Shown here: positions 17,908 to 27,138 of the stretch, piece after piece
Position numbering within the stretch: position 1 is the stretch's first letter
Layout of the letters: each line of letters begins with the position of its first letter
DNA from: a virus
Reading direction: 5' to 3' (one strand)
Length of the DNA stretch: 64,000 nucleotides
Virus genome (UHGV): UHGV-0084588
Notes under the pieces: model-generated
What the model was told of the DNA's origin: nothing
Database searches by the model: none
What the model saw: only the letters and a program-made list of their open reading frames with translations
Position numbers and translations under genes: made by a program

Positions 17908-18339
17908 ATGTTTTTCGTATTAAATGATGAAATCCGTAACTACATTCGTAACAATCCGATTGCTCTGGGCGTTTTAGCAGGTTTCTGTCGCCCAAATACT
18001 GACTTCGATTTAGTTAAGTTAGAAGAATATCAGGAAATTGTGAATACTAACTACATGCACATCTGTAGCTGGGGTAAACGTCCTCGTGAAGAGTACCCTG
18101 TAGGTGAGTTAGGTGACACTATGCATCGTGACCAGAATCTGATGCACGAATTCGTTGAATACACACTGGAAAATCTTAACTATCCGCTTCTGGTCGACAC
18201 TGTACCAGAAATGGTTGACGAATGGTTAAGTCGTGTTTACAATGACCCTACTACCAACAAGTTACTGAGTCAGATGTCGCAAACTTCTCGTGATATCGAC
18301 ACTCGCACCCTAATGTACTTAGCACACAACGTTCGCTAA
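17908..18339 (+). CDS. hypothetical protein (paralog of 16619..17047)
   Basis: 143 aa; preceded by the conserved TTTACCTAAAGGAGTATTAAAATG context. Confidence 0.6.
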   Translation: MFFVLNDEIRNYIRNNPIALGVLAGFCRPNTDFDLVKLEEYQEIVNTNYMHICSWGKRPREEYPVGELGDTMHRDQNLMHEFVEYTLENLNYPLLVDTVPEMVDEWLSRVYNDPTTNKLLSQMSQTSRDIDTRTLMYLAHNVR

Positions 18340-18346
18340 CCTCACT

Positions 18347-18400
18347 CCGCTATAGACCGAAGTCTATAGCGGAATTAATTTTCTTTCCCTTTTCTTTTTT
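18347..18400 (+). terminator. rho-independent terminator
   Basis: CCGCTATAGAC-cgaa-GTCTATAGCGG hairpin followed by a long T-rich tract. Confidence 0.75.
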
Positions 18401-18505
18401 GTTATTTTGACGCTACGTTACTTACCTTCTACTCGGCTATTCCTATGCTGGCTGAGGGATGTAAAACGACCTCTTAAACCTTTTTACTTATTGTGAGTTA
18501 ACGCG

Positions 18506-19354
18506 ATGTCTCTTACGTCAAAACAGAAACTGCTAAAACTCATCAACACTGAAAACAATATTGTTCCGCCATTGACCTTCAGTGATGTTGATATCGGCGA
18601 ACCTACTGGTACTGGGGTTGATACCCAGGTGGTTCTGACTTCTAAACTCAAAGGCGATGAGTCTACTACTTTAACGGTGACTTACCATCGTCGTAATTTG
18701 CCAGAATACCTAACAGGCGAGTTGGTATTCGGTAACGACGGTGTTGTAACTGCTGCAGATTTGCTTAATGCAATCAACGCAAAATACGATTTAAATATTC
18801 TGCCGTCAGATATCGTTGATGCGAAAGTTGAAGGTAAAACCCACCAACTTGCCGCTAACGAGAAATCCTACGAGTGGTGTGGCGAAGTGACACTTACGCT
18901 ACGCGATCCTATTGATCTGGCTAAACTGCTACCTGTTACTCAATTAGAAAACCTGGTAGAGTATCCGTCCACCAAGAAAGGTAACGCTGCGGTTTATTCT
19001 TATCCGATTGACTTCACCGCAGAAAAAGATTACCTTGATCCGATTACCATTAACGACACCGTAGACTTAGTAGAGTTAGCTACTAAACTGACTAACGTTG
19101 TTGACGAGAAATGGGTAAGCGTACCTAAGAACGCTGCTAATAACTTGTTCGGTGCTAAGGTTATCTACGATGGCCCTACCGCAGGTTTCGAAGGCGCAAA
19201 TGCGAAGTACACGCGTGTGCTGGTACTCGCCCTAAGCGGTATGTGTTCTAACCTGACCGGTAAACTGTTAATTCACTTTAACGGAACCGATCGTCCGAAG
19301 TCGAAGATTGAATTAGCCAAGACTAATTCGGTCTTACCGGGATTCTTAGATTAA
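18506..19354 (+). CDS. paralog-family protein (family A-related)
   Basis: 282 aa; N-terminus LINTENN...FSDVDIGEPTG...TLTVTYHRRNL...DLLNAINAKYDLNILPSDI aligns with 3448, 10163, 19368, 22511 and 23107. Confidence 0.6.
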   Translation: MSLTSKQKLLKLINTENNIVPPLTFSDVDIGEPTGTGVDTQVVLTSKLKGDESTTLTVTYHRRNLPEYLTGELVFGNDGVVTAADLLNAINAKYDLNILPSDIVDAKVEGKTHQLAANEKSYEWCGEVTLTLRDPIDLAKLLPVTQLENLVEYPSTKKGNAAVYSYPIDFTAEKDYLDPITINDTVDLVELATKLTNVVDEKWVSVPKNAANNLFGAKVIYDGPTAGFEGANAKYTRVLVLALSGMCSNLTGKLLIHFNGTDRPKSKIELAKTNSVLPGFLD

Positions 19355-19367
19355 GAGGATTACAGTA

Positions 19368-19844
19368 ATGACCAGTCAAGAAACTATCTTCGACCTTATT
19401 AAAAAGGCTAACCCAGACGCCGAGCTCGACACCGCCAAAGTCACATTGGGTGAGCCCGTCGTAAGTACCGGTACGTACAACACCGAAATTACGGTTGCGC
19501 CGGTGAAGAATCTCGGTTATGTTAATAAGCAAACGTTCCAGTATAACCGCATTGATGCAGGTTTGTATTTCCTCAACGTATTGCCGAAACTGTTAGTTGA
19601 AACAGCCACCACGACTGCGGACTTGCTGCCTGTAATTAACGAGCAGTATGGCTTAACCCTTACCGAAGACGATGTGTGGGTAGAGCAGGTTGGTGCGTTA
19701 CCGCTAGACGGCAGTGCAATCGAGCACGGTATTTTCTTCCGCCCAGAGTGTCTAACCTGGGTCGGTGGTTTTACAGTGCGTGTTGCGCGTAAACCGTCTG
19801 TCGAGACACCGCCAGCTAAGCCATCGCGCGCTAAGAAGAAATAA
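19368..19844 (+). CDS. paralog-family protein (family A-related)
   Basis: 158 aa; same motif series (DLIKKANPD...VTLGEP...QYNRID...ADLLPVINEQYGLTLTEDDV). Confidence 0.6.
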   Translation: MTSQETIFDLIKKANPDAELDTAKVTLGEPVVSTGTYNTEITVAPVKNLGYVNKQTFQYNRIDAGLYFLNVLPKLLVETATTTADLLPVINEQYGLTLTEDDVWVEQVGALPLDGSAIEHGIFFRPECLTWVGGFTVRVARKPSVETPPAKPSRAKKK

Positions 19845-19848
19845 CTAC

Positions 19849-19882
19849 AGGGTGGGGTAATCCCACCCTCTTTTCTTTTTTT
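19849..19882 (+). terminator. rho-independent terminator
   Basis: AGGGTGGGG-taat-CCCACCCT hairpin followed by a T-run. Confidence 0.8.
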
Positions 19883-19906
19883 GTGTAAAAAGAGGAGTTA
19901 AACAAA

Positions 19907-20497
19907 ATGGCCGAACGTTGGACTAAAGAAGGTATTATTGAATCAAAAACAGATTTAGAGGGTGGGTACGTGAACGACCCTGACGATAAAGGTGGGGAAA
20001 CCTGTCACGGGGTAACACTGACAACTGCACGCGAATACGGGTACAAAGGAAGAATGAAAGATCTGACCCGTGCGCAAGCGTTTGATATTTACGATCGTGG
20101 TTGGTGGAAGAAACTTAAACTCGATGAGATTTTCGCTATCTCGCCGATACTCGCAGACCGGATGTTTGATTTTGGTATTAACTCTGGCCGTGTTAACTGT
20201 GTGAAATCATTACAACGTATTCTCAACGTTTTAAATAACGAAGGGAAACTTTACGCAGATATTGACACCGACGGTGGCATGGGCCCTAAAACGCTAGGTG
20301 CCCTGAATGCTTATCTGAATTACCGTAAAGGCGAGGGATTAGGCATCTTAATCTTTGCGTTAATCTCACACCAGGTAACCTACTACACGGAAATCTCCGA
20401 AAAGCGTAAGAAGAATGAAAAATTCGCTTACGGCTGGTACGGACGCGTGTACAGGGAAATGCCGGATTATGTAGTGAAGGCGGGGTTAGTAAAATGA
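19907..20497 (+). CDS. GH108-type lysozyme with peptidoglycan-binding domain (putative endolysin)
   Basis: N-terminal EGGYVNDPDDKGGETCHGVT matches the GH108 signature; C-terminal part resembles PG_binding_3; AGAGGAG RBS. Confidence 0.7.
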   Translation: MAERWTKEGIIESKTDLEGGYVNDPDDKGGETCHGVTLTTAREYGYKGRMKDLTRAQAFDIYDRGWWKKLKLDEIFAISPILADRMFDFGINSGRVNCVKSLQRILNVLNNEGKLYADIDTDGGMGPKTLGALNAYLNYRKGEGLGILIFALISHQVTYYTEISEKRKKNEKFAYGWYGRVYREMPDYVVKAGLVK

Positions 20498-20598
20498 ATT
20501 GGTTTGCTAAACTCTTAGCACTATTGTGGAAAGCGTTAACGTCTGGACGGAAACGTAAAGACGAAAAGCGTGGGTACGAATTTTTCTGGTTTCTATAA
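20494..20598 (+). CDS. small amphipathic peptide (34 aa), possible lysis accessory
   Basis: ATG overlaps the lysozyme stop (ATGA); MNWFAKLLALLWKALTSGRKRKDEKRGYEFFWFL; absent from the ORF track because it is under 60 aa. Confidence 0.3.
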   Translation: MNWFAKLLALLWKALTSGRKRKDEKRGYEFFWFL

Positions 20599-20613
20599 GG
20601 GAAGGTGTGGGTA

Positions 20614-21279
20614 ATGGAGAAGCTTCAATATAAACGTTTAGACAATAAGTGGTTTGTATTAACGGAGGATTACCATTATCCGTTTACGTTACGCGAGATT
20701 TATCACGACCACGTACACTTAGACCGTGCGGTTTATTTAACGGGTGTATTGCCTGACACGCAACTGTGGTTAACAGCACCGAAAGGGTTCGTTACCGATT
20801 TAGCGTCAATTCCTGATCACCTCCAGGGAATTTTCCATCCTGACGGACCGTGGGCACCTGCGGCCTGTATTCACGACTTACTCTATCAAAAATGCAACAC
20901 AGAGCGTAGCTATCCCATGACACCGGGTGGTAACGTTTCGCGTTTTATCGATAAAGAGTTCTCTGACTTAACTTTCCTGCGTATTATGCAGTCGTTGGAA
21001 ATCTCGCCTTATATCTGCCAAACATTTTATAAGGCTGTTGTTGAATTCGGCTGGGATGCCTACGTAGATCCTAATGCAAAGCCATCCTACAACACTAACG
21101 CGTTTCGTACGTTAGATTACAATCGAAACTATTTATTCGTTCGCGAGTTTAAGGAACCTGCAATCCCTGACCACGAACGTATTGATATCACCACAGATTG
21201 TCCCGTTAATGTCAAATACCTGAACATCAAACGGGCATTTCTGTCTGGGAGGGAAGATGTTTCATCCAAATCCGAGTAA
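20614..21279 (+). CDS. DUF1353-like protein
   Basis: Start at the ATG at 20614 (AGGGAAGG RBS); GFVTDLASIPDHLQGIF...AACIHDLLYQ resembles the DUF1353 motif as recalled. Confidence 0.45.
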   Translation: MEKLQYKRLDNKWFVLTEDYHYPFTLREIYHDHVHLDRAVYLTGVLPDTQLWLTAPKGFVTDLASIPDHLQGIFHPDGPWAPAACIHDLLYQKCNTERSYPMTPGGNVSRFIDKEFSDLTFLRIMQSLEISPYICQTFYKAVVEFGWDAYVDPNAKPSYNTNAFRTLDYNRNYLFVREFKEPAIPDHERIDITTDCPVNVKYLNIKRAFLSGREDVSSKSE

Positions 21280-21772
21280 CTTTAAACTCAGAGAGTTAGT
21301 ACCACAGTCCTATATTGCCAAATACGGTGATTCCGCAATTCGGTTTATGAATCCGTTGTTAATGATTTCCCTACAACAGATTCGTAACCGTTTCGGTAGA
21401 ATGGTGATTAACTCAACTGCCGCACAACAGCGCGGACTAAGAACCTTAGATTTCTTTATTAATCAAGAAAAGCCTAAGGGTGGTAGTTATAAACAACGTG
21501 CGTTGCAGCTTTACGCCGATTCAGGAAGTCAACACAAATTCGGTAACGCTATTGATGCAACGTTGTTGGATAGCACCGTAAAACAGGTTCACGACTATAT
21601 CGCTGCTAACCCTGACGAGTTTCCGTTCATTCACTTTATTGAATGTGATATCAGTTGGTTACACATCGACGTTCGTAACCAACCTAACATTACTTTCTGG
21701 TCACCAAACCGTGGCACTGTGAAGGTTGTTAAGCAAAAGCCAATCGATTGGAGCGCCTTAGTCGAGATTTAA
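21257..21772 (+). CDS. peptidase M15 family (LAS superfamily) peptidoglycan hydrolase
   Basis: GSQHKFGNAIDA fits the S-x-H-x-x-G-x-A-x-D zinc-binding signature, with a downstream WLHIDVR histidine. Confidence 0.6.
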   Translation: MFHPNPSNFKLRELVPQSYIAKYGDSAIRFMNPLLMISLQQIRNRFGRMVINSTAAQQRGLRTLDFFINQEKPKGGSYKQRALQLYADSGSQHKFGNAIDATLLDSTVKQVHDYIAANPDEFPFIHFIECDISWLHIDVRNQPNITFWSPNRGTVKVVKQKPIDWSALVEI

Positions 21773-21855
21773 CTATTTCTAAGGTGTTTATACCTTATTT
21801 TGTATAAAGACGCTTAGAATGCGTTTTACGCACGATTTGGCGGTTAAAATGAATA

Positions 21856-21890
21856 TACCCTACTCCCGTTAAGGAGTAGGGTACTTTTTA
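21856..21890. terminator. bidirectional terminator between convergent genes
   Basis: TACCCTACTCC-cgttaa-GGAGTAGGGTA hairpin flanked by A/T-rich runs, between the plus gene ending at 21772 and the minus gene ending at 21888. Confidence 0.7.
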
Positions 21891-22370
21891 TTGTTCCGCA
21901 GGATGGAGCATTGTTCCAGTGTCAGGCGCTACACCTTCTATACAGCGGAAGAAAGTAATGCCTTTACCATCGCCCGTTTTATATTCTAAAGTAGAATACG
22001 CAAATGTTGGTGTTTTTGAAAGCAAACCATTTACACGGTAGTAACGTTGTCCCGTGATAGGATCAATATTCCCATTAACTTTACCTAATAAATCTTTATA
22101 AAGTTGGGGCGACTCAATCTTACCATTTGGCCAAGTGGCTACCCAATTAGCACCAGTATCGACTACGGTTACTGAGCCTAACATTAGATTAGTCGAGCTG
22201 ACGACAGGTTTGTAATTTGCAAAATCTTGCTCTACACCCATGCAGGTGTAAATAACCATGTCGTGTGGCTCCACCGGCACAGTCGAGAATTGGCCGTTAC
22301 CATTTGGTTGTAAGGCACATCCTGCTAATGAAAAAACACCAAGCATAACGATAAGAAAACGCTTTATCAT
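21888..22370 (-). CDS. lipoprotein
   Basis: Start taken at the ATG at 22370 (AAGGTG RBS); MIKRFLIVMLGVFSLAGC carries a lipobox before the Cys; convergent with the lysis-like block. Confidence 0.6.
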   Translation of the reverse strand: MIKRFLIVMLGVFSLAGCALQPNGNGQFSTVPVEPHDMVIYTCMGVEQDFANYKPVVSSTNLMLGSVTVVDTGANWVATWPNGKIESPQLYKDLLGKVNGNIDPITGQRYYRVNGLLSKTPTFAYSTLEYKTGDGKGITFFRCIEGVAPDTGTMLHPAEQ

Positions 22371-22433
22371 ACTTTTCACCTTTTTTATAAAAAGTTAAAA
22401 AAAATATTTTTACAGACAACCCTTACTGCCGAC

Positions 22434-22463
22434 TGTCATAACAATTAACACCACTTCTATAAT
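22434..22463 (+). promoter_or_regulatory. possible sigma70-type promoter (perfect -10)
   Basis: TATAAT at 22458..22463 about 47 nt upstream of the ATG at 22511; the -35 region matches poorly. Confidence 0.3.
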
Positions 22464-22510
22464 CCGAACAATACTATGCAATCCACCCTGCCAACCACGA
22501 GGTAAATACG

Positions 22511-23041
22511 ATGGCTAAAACCTTCCAACAGCAACTTATTGACGCTGTTAATACCAAAAACAGTACCCTGGACCCCGCACTCACCGTAGCTGATGTTGAC
22601 TTTGGTGCTGTTGCTGAGTTCACCGGAGAAGCTGGCCGCAACACTAAAATTACCCTGACCGCCAAGGAAGAAAGCCAGCACTTCAAGGGCGAGAAAGAAT
22701 TCCACTATACTCGTCTTTCATGCGACATCGTTGGTGAAGTTGAAGTAACTGCACCTGCTACCGATTTCGATTCAGCAGCGAAAATCCTGGCGAAAGTTAA
22801 CGCAGCCATGGCTGAGAAAGGGTACACCGATGACGAGTTCGGTGAAAACGACCTGCAAAGTATTTCTCGTGAAGAAGAAGGCAAAACCATTTACGTAGTA
22901 ACTGTTGTGGCCGGACACCTGAAGTTCCTGCCAGGCACTGTTGCAACGTATAAAGTTACTCCTCCGGCTCCTGAGAAAGTAGCACTGGACGGTCTGGAAG
23001 GTGAACTGGATAGCTTCACTGCACCGCTTCCTAAAGAGTAA
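22511..23041 (+). CDS. paralog-family protein (family A-related)
   Basis: 176 aa; paralog of 23107..23637 and of the 18506/19368/3448/10163 family. Confidence 0.6.
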   Translation: MAKTFQQQLIDAVNTKNSTLDPALTVADVDFGAVAEFTGEAGRNTKITLTAKEESQHFKGEKEFHYTRLSCDIVGEVEVTAPATDFDSAAKILAKVNAAMAEKGYTDDEFGENDLQSISREEEGKTIYVVTVVAGHLKFLPGTVATYKVTPPAPEKVALDGLEGELDSFTAPLPKE

Positions 23042-23046
23042 TTGAA

Positions 23047-23080
23047 CCGGGGGGGGGGTAACCTCCCCCGATATTTCTTT
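23047..23080 (+). terminator. hairpin terminator containing a G10 homopolymer
   Basis: CCGGGGGGGGGG-taa-CCTCCCCCG followed by a T-rich stretch. Confidence 0.5.
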
Positions 23081-23106
23081 AACCCGCATTTTAAGGATTT
23101 AAGATA

Positions 23107-23637
23107 ATGGCCGCTACTAACCAGATGATGTTGGTCGCGCTTTATAATGCTGCTAACACTGAGCTACCACATCAGATTACTGATAAAGAAGTGTCCTTTG
23201 GTCTCCCTACTGCGCTGGAAGGCAAAAGTAAGAATACCAAAGTTACCATGACTGCACTACCGGGTTCTGAGAATTTCAAAGGCGCAATCGAGCTGCATTA
23301 CGATCGTCTGGAGCCGGGTGTTGTAGGACGTATTGAACTAACTGACGATTTGTCTCGTTGGGAAGATCAAAACGAATTGCGCGCATGGTTACAATATTAC
23401 ATCAACAAAGTAAAACCTGACGACGCTATCGCACCTGGTGACGTTGTGTACAGCACCGAAGACCAGAAAGACGAACATGATAACGTCACACTGCGTACGG
23501 TAACGTGCACCGTTACTGAAAAGAACCTCCGTTATAAACCGGGTGTAATGGCAACTTTCGTAATTACGCCGAAAGTTGTTGACAATCGTATTGACCTGGC
23601 CACTACCAACGGCGAGCTGGACGGCTTTACGTCCTAA
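23107..23637 (+). CDS. paralog-family protein (family A-related)
   Basis: 176 aa; TAAGGATTTAAGATAATG context. Confidence 0.6.
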   Translation: MAATNQMMLVALYNAANTELPHQITDKEVSFGLPTALEGKSKNTKVTMTALPGSENFKGAIELHYDRLEPGVVGRIELTDDLSRWEDQNELRAWLQYYINKVKPDDAIAPGDVVYSTEDQKDEHDNVTLRTVTCTVTEKNLRYKPGVMATFVITPKVVDNRIDLATTNGELDGFTS

Positions 23638-23639
23638 GA

Positions 23640-23692
23640 AAAATAAAAAAATACCTACCTCCCGTAATAGGAGGTAGGTATATCTTTTTTTC
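23640..23692. terminator. bidirectional terminator
   Basis: A-run, then ATACCTACCTCC-cgtaata-GGAGGTAGGTAT, then T-run, between convergent genes. Confidence 0.8.
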
Positions 23693-23700
23693 ACTGTCGA

Positions 23701-24372
23701 TTACAGCCCTTGCTCTAACGCAAACGCTTTTATCGAATCGTAATCACGCGCCTCAGCCCAAGCCCTGACTTCTTTTTTCTGCTCAGACATTGCGTGGTGT
23801 AGTCTTTGATCACGCGCAACGATTGCTGCCATCAGCGCTTTGCACTGCTCTAACGAAAAAGGTTCGATGCGGGTGTTAGCCGTGTCCAACCAATAACTCG
23901 GTGCTGTTTCAGACTGGATATACTGGCCCAACATTTGACGAGACGTTTCGTCCGCTTGGAAGTAGCGACCATCGACTTCAATATATCCGTGGCGCTGATC
24001 TTCATAACGGTGTTCCATCTCCAACATGATTTTCTGGATATCGAGATAGATGTAACGCGCCGTCGAACGCATATTCGTTCGAATCTCTTCCAGGTTAATC
24101 TCCAGAACGTCAGTAATGAATTCTTTTGCTTTGTTCAGTGTAAACTTCGACTCGATAGGAGACATTTCGTAAGTTTTCATCTGGGCTAAAGCTTCTTCAT
24201 CACTCATCCCTTCAATCAACTTGTAGTGCAGTAATGCACAGAACCCCGTACGTCCACGGTCTTCGTTACCTACACGTTCCATGTAGTTACCATGGCGGTC
24301 AATTGGTAGATCGTGCGCGAAATAACGTGCGCGAATCTCTTCTTTCGTTAAGCTTTTGTTAGAAGCAGACAT
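23701..24372 (-). CDS. hypothetical protein (last gene of the radical SAM block)
   Basis: 223-aa ORF overlapping the upstream gene by about 25 nt. Confidence 0.55.
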   Translation of the reverse strand: MSASNKSLTKEEIRARYFAHDLPIDRHGNYMERVGNEDRGRTGFCALLHYKLIEGMSDEEALAQMKTYEMSPIESKFTLNKAKEFITDVLEINLEEIRTNMRSTARYIYLDIQKIMLEMEHRYEDQRHGYIEVDGRYFQADETSRQMLGQYIQSETAPSYWLDTANTRIEPFSLEQCKALMAAIVARDQRLHHAMSEQKKEVRAWAEARDYDSIKAFALEQGL

Positions 24373-24914
24373 TCTTCTTCTCCAACCATACCTAATTCTT
24401 GCAGCAAGCCAAAATCAATCAACTGGAAGGTTTCAGAGAGATCGTTTGACCACACCACGTTTGCAATGTCGCGTTCTTCATCGGATAATTGCGGTAACAC
24501 ATTTTCGTTGAACGTCTGATGCTCTACGTAATAAGCATCGTAGATAGACGTAGAACGCAAGCAACGGATTGGCAGTCTTGGGAAAGACACCGCTAATGCA
24601 GCAATAGATGCGCTGCTCGGATTCTCCGCAGAATAGCGAAGCAATTCGATTTTGTGGCGCGGATAGTCCAGTACGCGTTGCTCGAAACCCGGATTACGTT
24701 TTTCGATTTCAACAACGGACTCATGACCTGTTTCTGTACAGTAAACGGGAATCATCACGTTTAGCCCGTACTTAATTAACAGAGGTTTAATCTCATCTGT
24801 AAAGTCTTCGCCAGGGATAATGGCGTGAACGTTATAGAGTTTATGTTTGCGCAGAAAACGCTCAACCAGATGGAGTTTACGCTTCGTAAAATTGTGGATC
24901 AGAATTGATTTCAT
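24348..24914 (-). CDS. hypothetical protein
   Basis: Start taken at the internal ATG at 24914 (GAGG about 9 nt upstream); overlaps the 3' end of the radical SAM gene. Confidence 0.45.
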   Translation of the reverse strand: MKSILIHNFTKRKLHLVERFLRKHKLYNVHAIIPGEDFTDEIKPLLIKYGLNVMIPVYCTETGHESVVEIEKRNPGFEQRVLDYPRHKIELLRYSAENPSSASIAALAVSFPRLPIRCLRSTSIYDAYYVEHQTFNENVLPQLSDEERDIANVVWSNDLSETFQLIDFGLLQELGMVGEEECLLLTKA

Positions 24915-26211
24915 TATTTGCCTCAGTAGGTTGTGCATTTAAAGCACGTTTAGCTTGCTCACGCTCACGCGTACATTTCGGACAGTAACAAACAGACGAA
25001 TCGTGCAGTGACGATGCGTGGACGGTACCCGTACGTTGACGCCAGTATTCTGCTGCCATCAGTTTTGCGGTCGTCCAGCCACATTGACGACGTTCAGCGT
25101 GGTACGCCTTACGGTCTTCCAGTGTCCCTTCACCGTTTTCGTAGGAAGCAGCTGCACAGCTGCCACAACCGTGTTTCATCGGACAGCCTAAGCACGTTTC
25201 AGGGTAGTTAGTATATTGCGTCTGAATCTCTTCCAGCAGCTTCCCGTCATCTAAACTAACGAACTCGCGACCAACTAATTCAAACACCGCAGAACGTGAC
25301 GTTACCGTTGACATAAAACGGTTACAACCGTATACCTTGCGGTCAAAACCTAAACAGGTCATGAACGTTAACGTACCACAGAACGGACGTAGGCGATCTG
25401 GGTTATAACGATGCGTGTCGTCATACAGCAGCTTATCGCGCCAATCTGGGTCCCAAATCTGACGGAAATCCAGACCTTCGGGAATGATATGTGACAACAC
25501 GTTACGTGGATTGGTGTGCAACCCTTTCTCAATCCAATAATCCATCACGTCGATCATCTGCAACGCAATATCCGTTGCCATGCTCCGTGGAAGAATATCT
25601 TCGTACGTAACGTTACCTGAAATCGTACCGCCACCGGCAACATCGATTAGCGATTTCATACTCGCTGCATAATGCGGTAACGTTTCGGTCGTAAAGGTTG
25701 CCTTGATACCCAGTTCAGCAATACCGACTTCTTTTAAGTAGTTATAGCCACGAACAGCGGCTTCGTAAGAACCTTGACGCGTCGTGGTAAAGATACGATA
25801 GCGGTCATGGACTTCTGGTAAACCGTCGATAGAAACACCGATGGAGAGTTTGTCTTTCCAACGCTCAACAATCTCACGGTTTAACGGGCGATCTAACAAC
25901 GTACCGTTAGTTGAGATACTGAACATATACGGGCGATTGTGCTCCTTACACAACTGTTCTGCGGTTTCGAACGCCGCTAACAGCAGTTTCGGTTGCATAA
26001 AAGGCTCACCGCCGATGATATCAATAATGACGTCGATGTTCGGAATATCTTTATCGCGCTCAAAACACGCGTGTAAGAAATCCACGATATCCGCCGCTTT
26101 GTTATTACGCGGATACTTACGTTCGTAACAATACTCACAGTCTAAGTTACAAGACAGATTCGTTACCACCTGGTAAGTACGTTGAGAACGTGGTGCTTCA
26201 TTATTGCTCAT
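24877..26211 (-). CDS. radical SAM enzyme with C-terminal SPASM-like Cys cluster
   Basis: CNLDCEYC (CxxxCxxC) at residues 21-28, GGEPF SAM-binding motif, and C-terminal CLGCPMKHGCGSC plus additional Cys, as in SPASM maturases. Confidence 0.75.
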   Translation of the reverse strand: MSNNEAPRSQRTYQVVTNLSCNLDCEYCYERKYPRNNKAADIVDFLHACFERDKDIPNIDVIIDIIGGEPFMQPKLLLAAFETAEQLCKEHNRPYMFSISTNGTLLDRPLNREIVERWKDKLSIGVSIDGLPEVHDRYRIFTTTRQGSYEAAVRGYNYLKEVGIAELGIKATFTTETLPHYAASMKSLIDVAGGGTISGNVTYEDILPRSMATDIALQMIDVMDYWIEKGLHTNPRNVLSHIIPEGLDFRQIWDPDWRDKLLYDDTHRYNPDRLRPFCGTLTFMTCLGFDRKVYGCNRFMSTVTSRSAVFELVGREFVSLDDGKLLEEIQTQYTNYPETCLGCPMKHGCGSCAAASYENGEGTLEDRKAYHAERRQCGWTTAKLMAAEYWRQRTGTVHASSLHDSSVCYCPKCTREREQAKRALNAQPTEANNEINSDPQFYEA

Positions 26212-27118
26212 CTTTGCTTATCCTTTTACGCTCTGCATAAATCACGCGTTTAATGTACTCGTAAGCACCTACTCCAATAGAGCAAGCGAGCTGATTGCAG
26301 CCACCGTTTAAGATAGCTGGGGCATTCTGAAGCTGATGTTCTGTTCCATCTGCGTTCAAATACAACTCTTCGCTACAAACATTACACTCGTTTTCGAAAA
26401 TCTTGCTGACAGACACGCCGCACGATTCTCCAGTTTGGACGTTCAACCGTTCCATATTCTCCTGAATTTTTAAATAGCCATAAACGAAGTTCATGACGTG
26501 ATCAGGAGACAATGGTTTTGGCATCTGCGCATCAAACATTAGAGAAAACGCACGGGGACGATAGTGGTACATCGCACGATGCAAATCCACAATATCTTCA
26601 TACCAGCGCTTATCCGCTAACTGGTCACGCGTAATCACAGCCCAGGTTTGGAAATTATCGAGTTCGTATAACGCTTCCAATGCTTCGTGGCTATCCTCTT
26701 CAATAAAGCGCATAAAAGGGCGCTCAGAACGCTTGTAGCCATCAATTGATACAAACACATGCTCAAAGTCTTTTAGCAGCGTAAGATGCGATTTACGCAG
26801 TTTTAAGCCGTTGGTATACAAGTGATGCTCAAGGTGCGGATGAGACACTTTCAATTCGTTAACGAAATCCTCAATCTTACGTTGGACGAGTAGCGGCTCG
26901 CCACCGGTCCAATGTATTTCCTTAATAGCCGGATTCTCTTGTAGTAATTCCAGGATACGTTCGCGTTGAAAAGCACGAGACGAATCTTCACGATTCATGT
27001 AGTAGGCTCCACCGCAGAAACTACAATCTAGGTTACACTTAGACGTCGTAACTACGGACAATATAGTGGGTTTATCGTACAACTTCGTCGAGATCCTGGA
27101 TTCCACATTGTCTATCAT
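26201..27118 (-). CDS. radical SAM enzyme (second, shorter)
   Basis: CNLDCSFC (CxxxCxxC) near the N-terminus, GGEPLL motif, and a C-terminal Cys cluster (CNVCSEE...GGCNQLACS); overlaps the downstream gene by 11 nt. Confidence 0.7.
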   Translation of the reverse strand: MIDNVESRISTKLYDKPTILSVVTTSKCNLDCSFCGGAYYMNREDSSRAFQRERILELLQENPAIKEIHWTGGEPLLVQRKIEDFVNELKVSHPHLEHHLYTNGLKLRKSHLTLLKDFEHVFVSIDGYKRSERPFMRFIEEDSHEALEALYELDNFQTWAVITRDQLADKRWYEDIVDLHRAMYHYRPRAFSLMFDAQMPKPLSPDHVMNFVYGYLKIQENMERLNVQTGESCGVSVSKIFENECNVCSEELYLNADGTEHQLQNAPAILNGGCNQLACSIGVGAYEYIKRVIYAERKRISKDEQ

Positions 27119-27138
27119 TGCAGGTTGCTCCAGTATTT

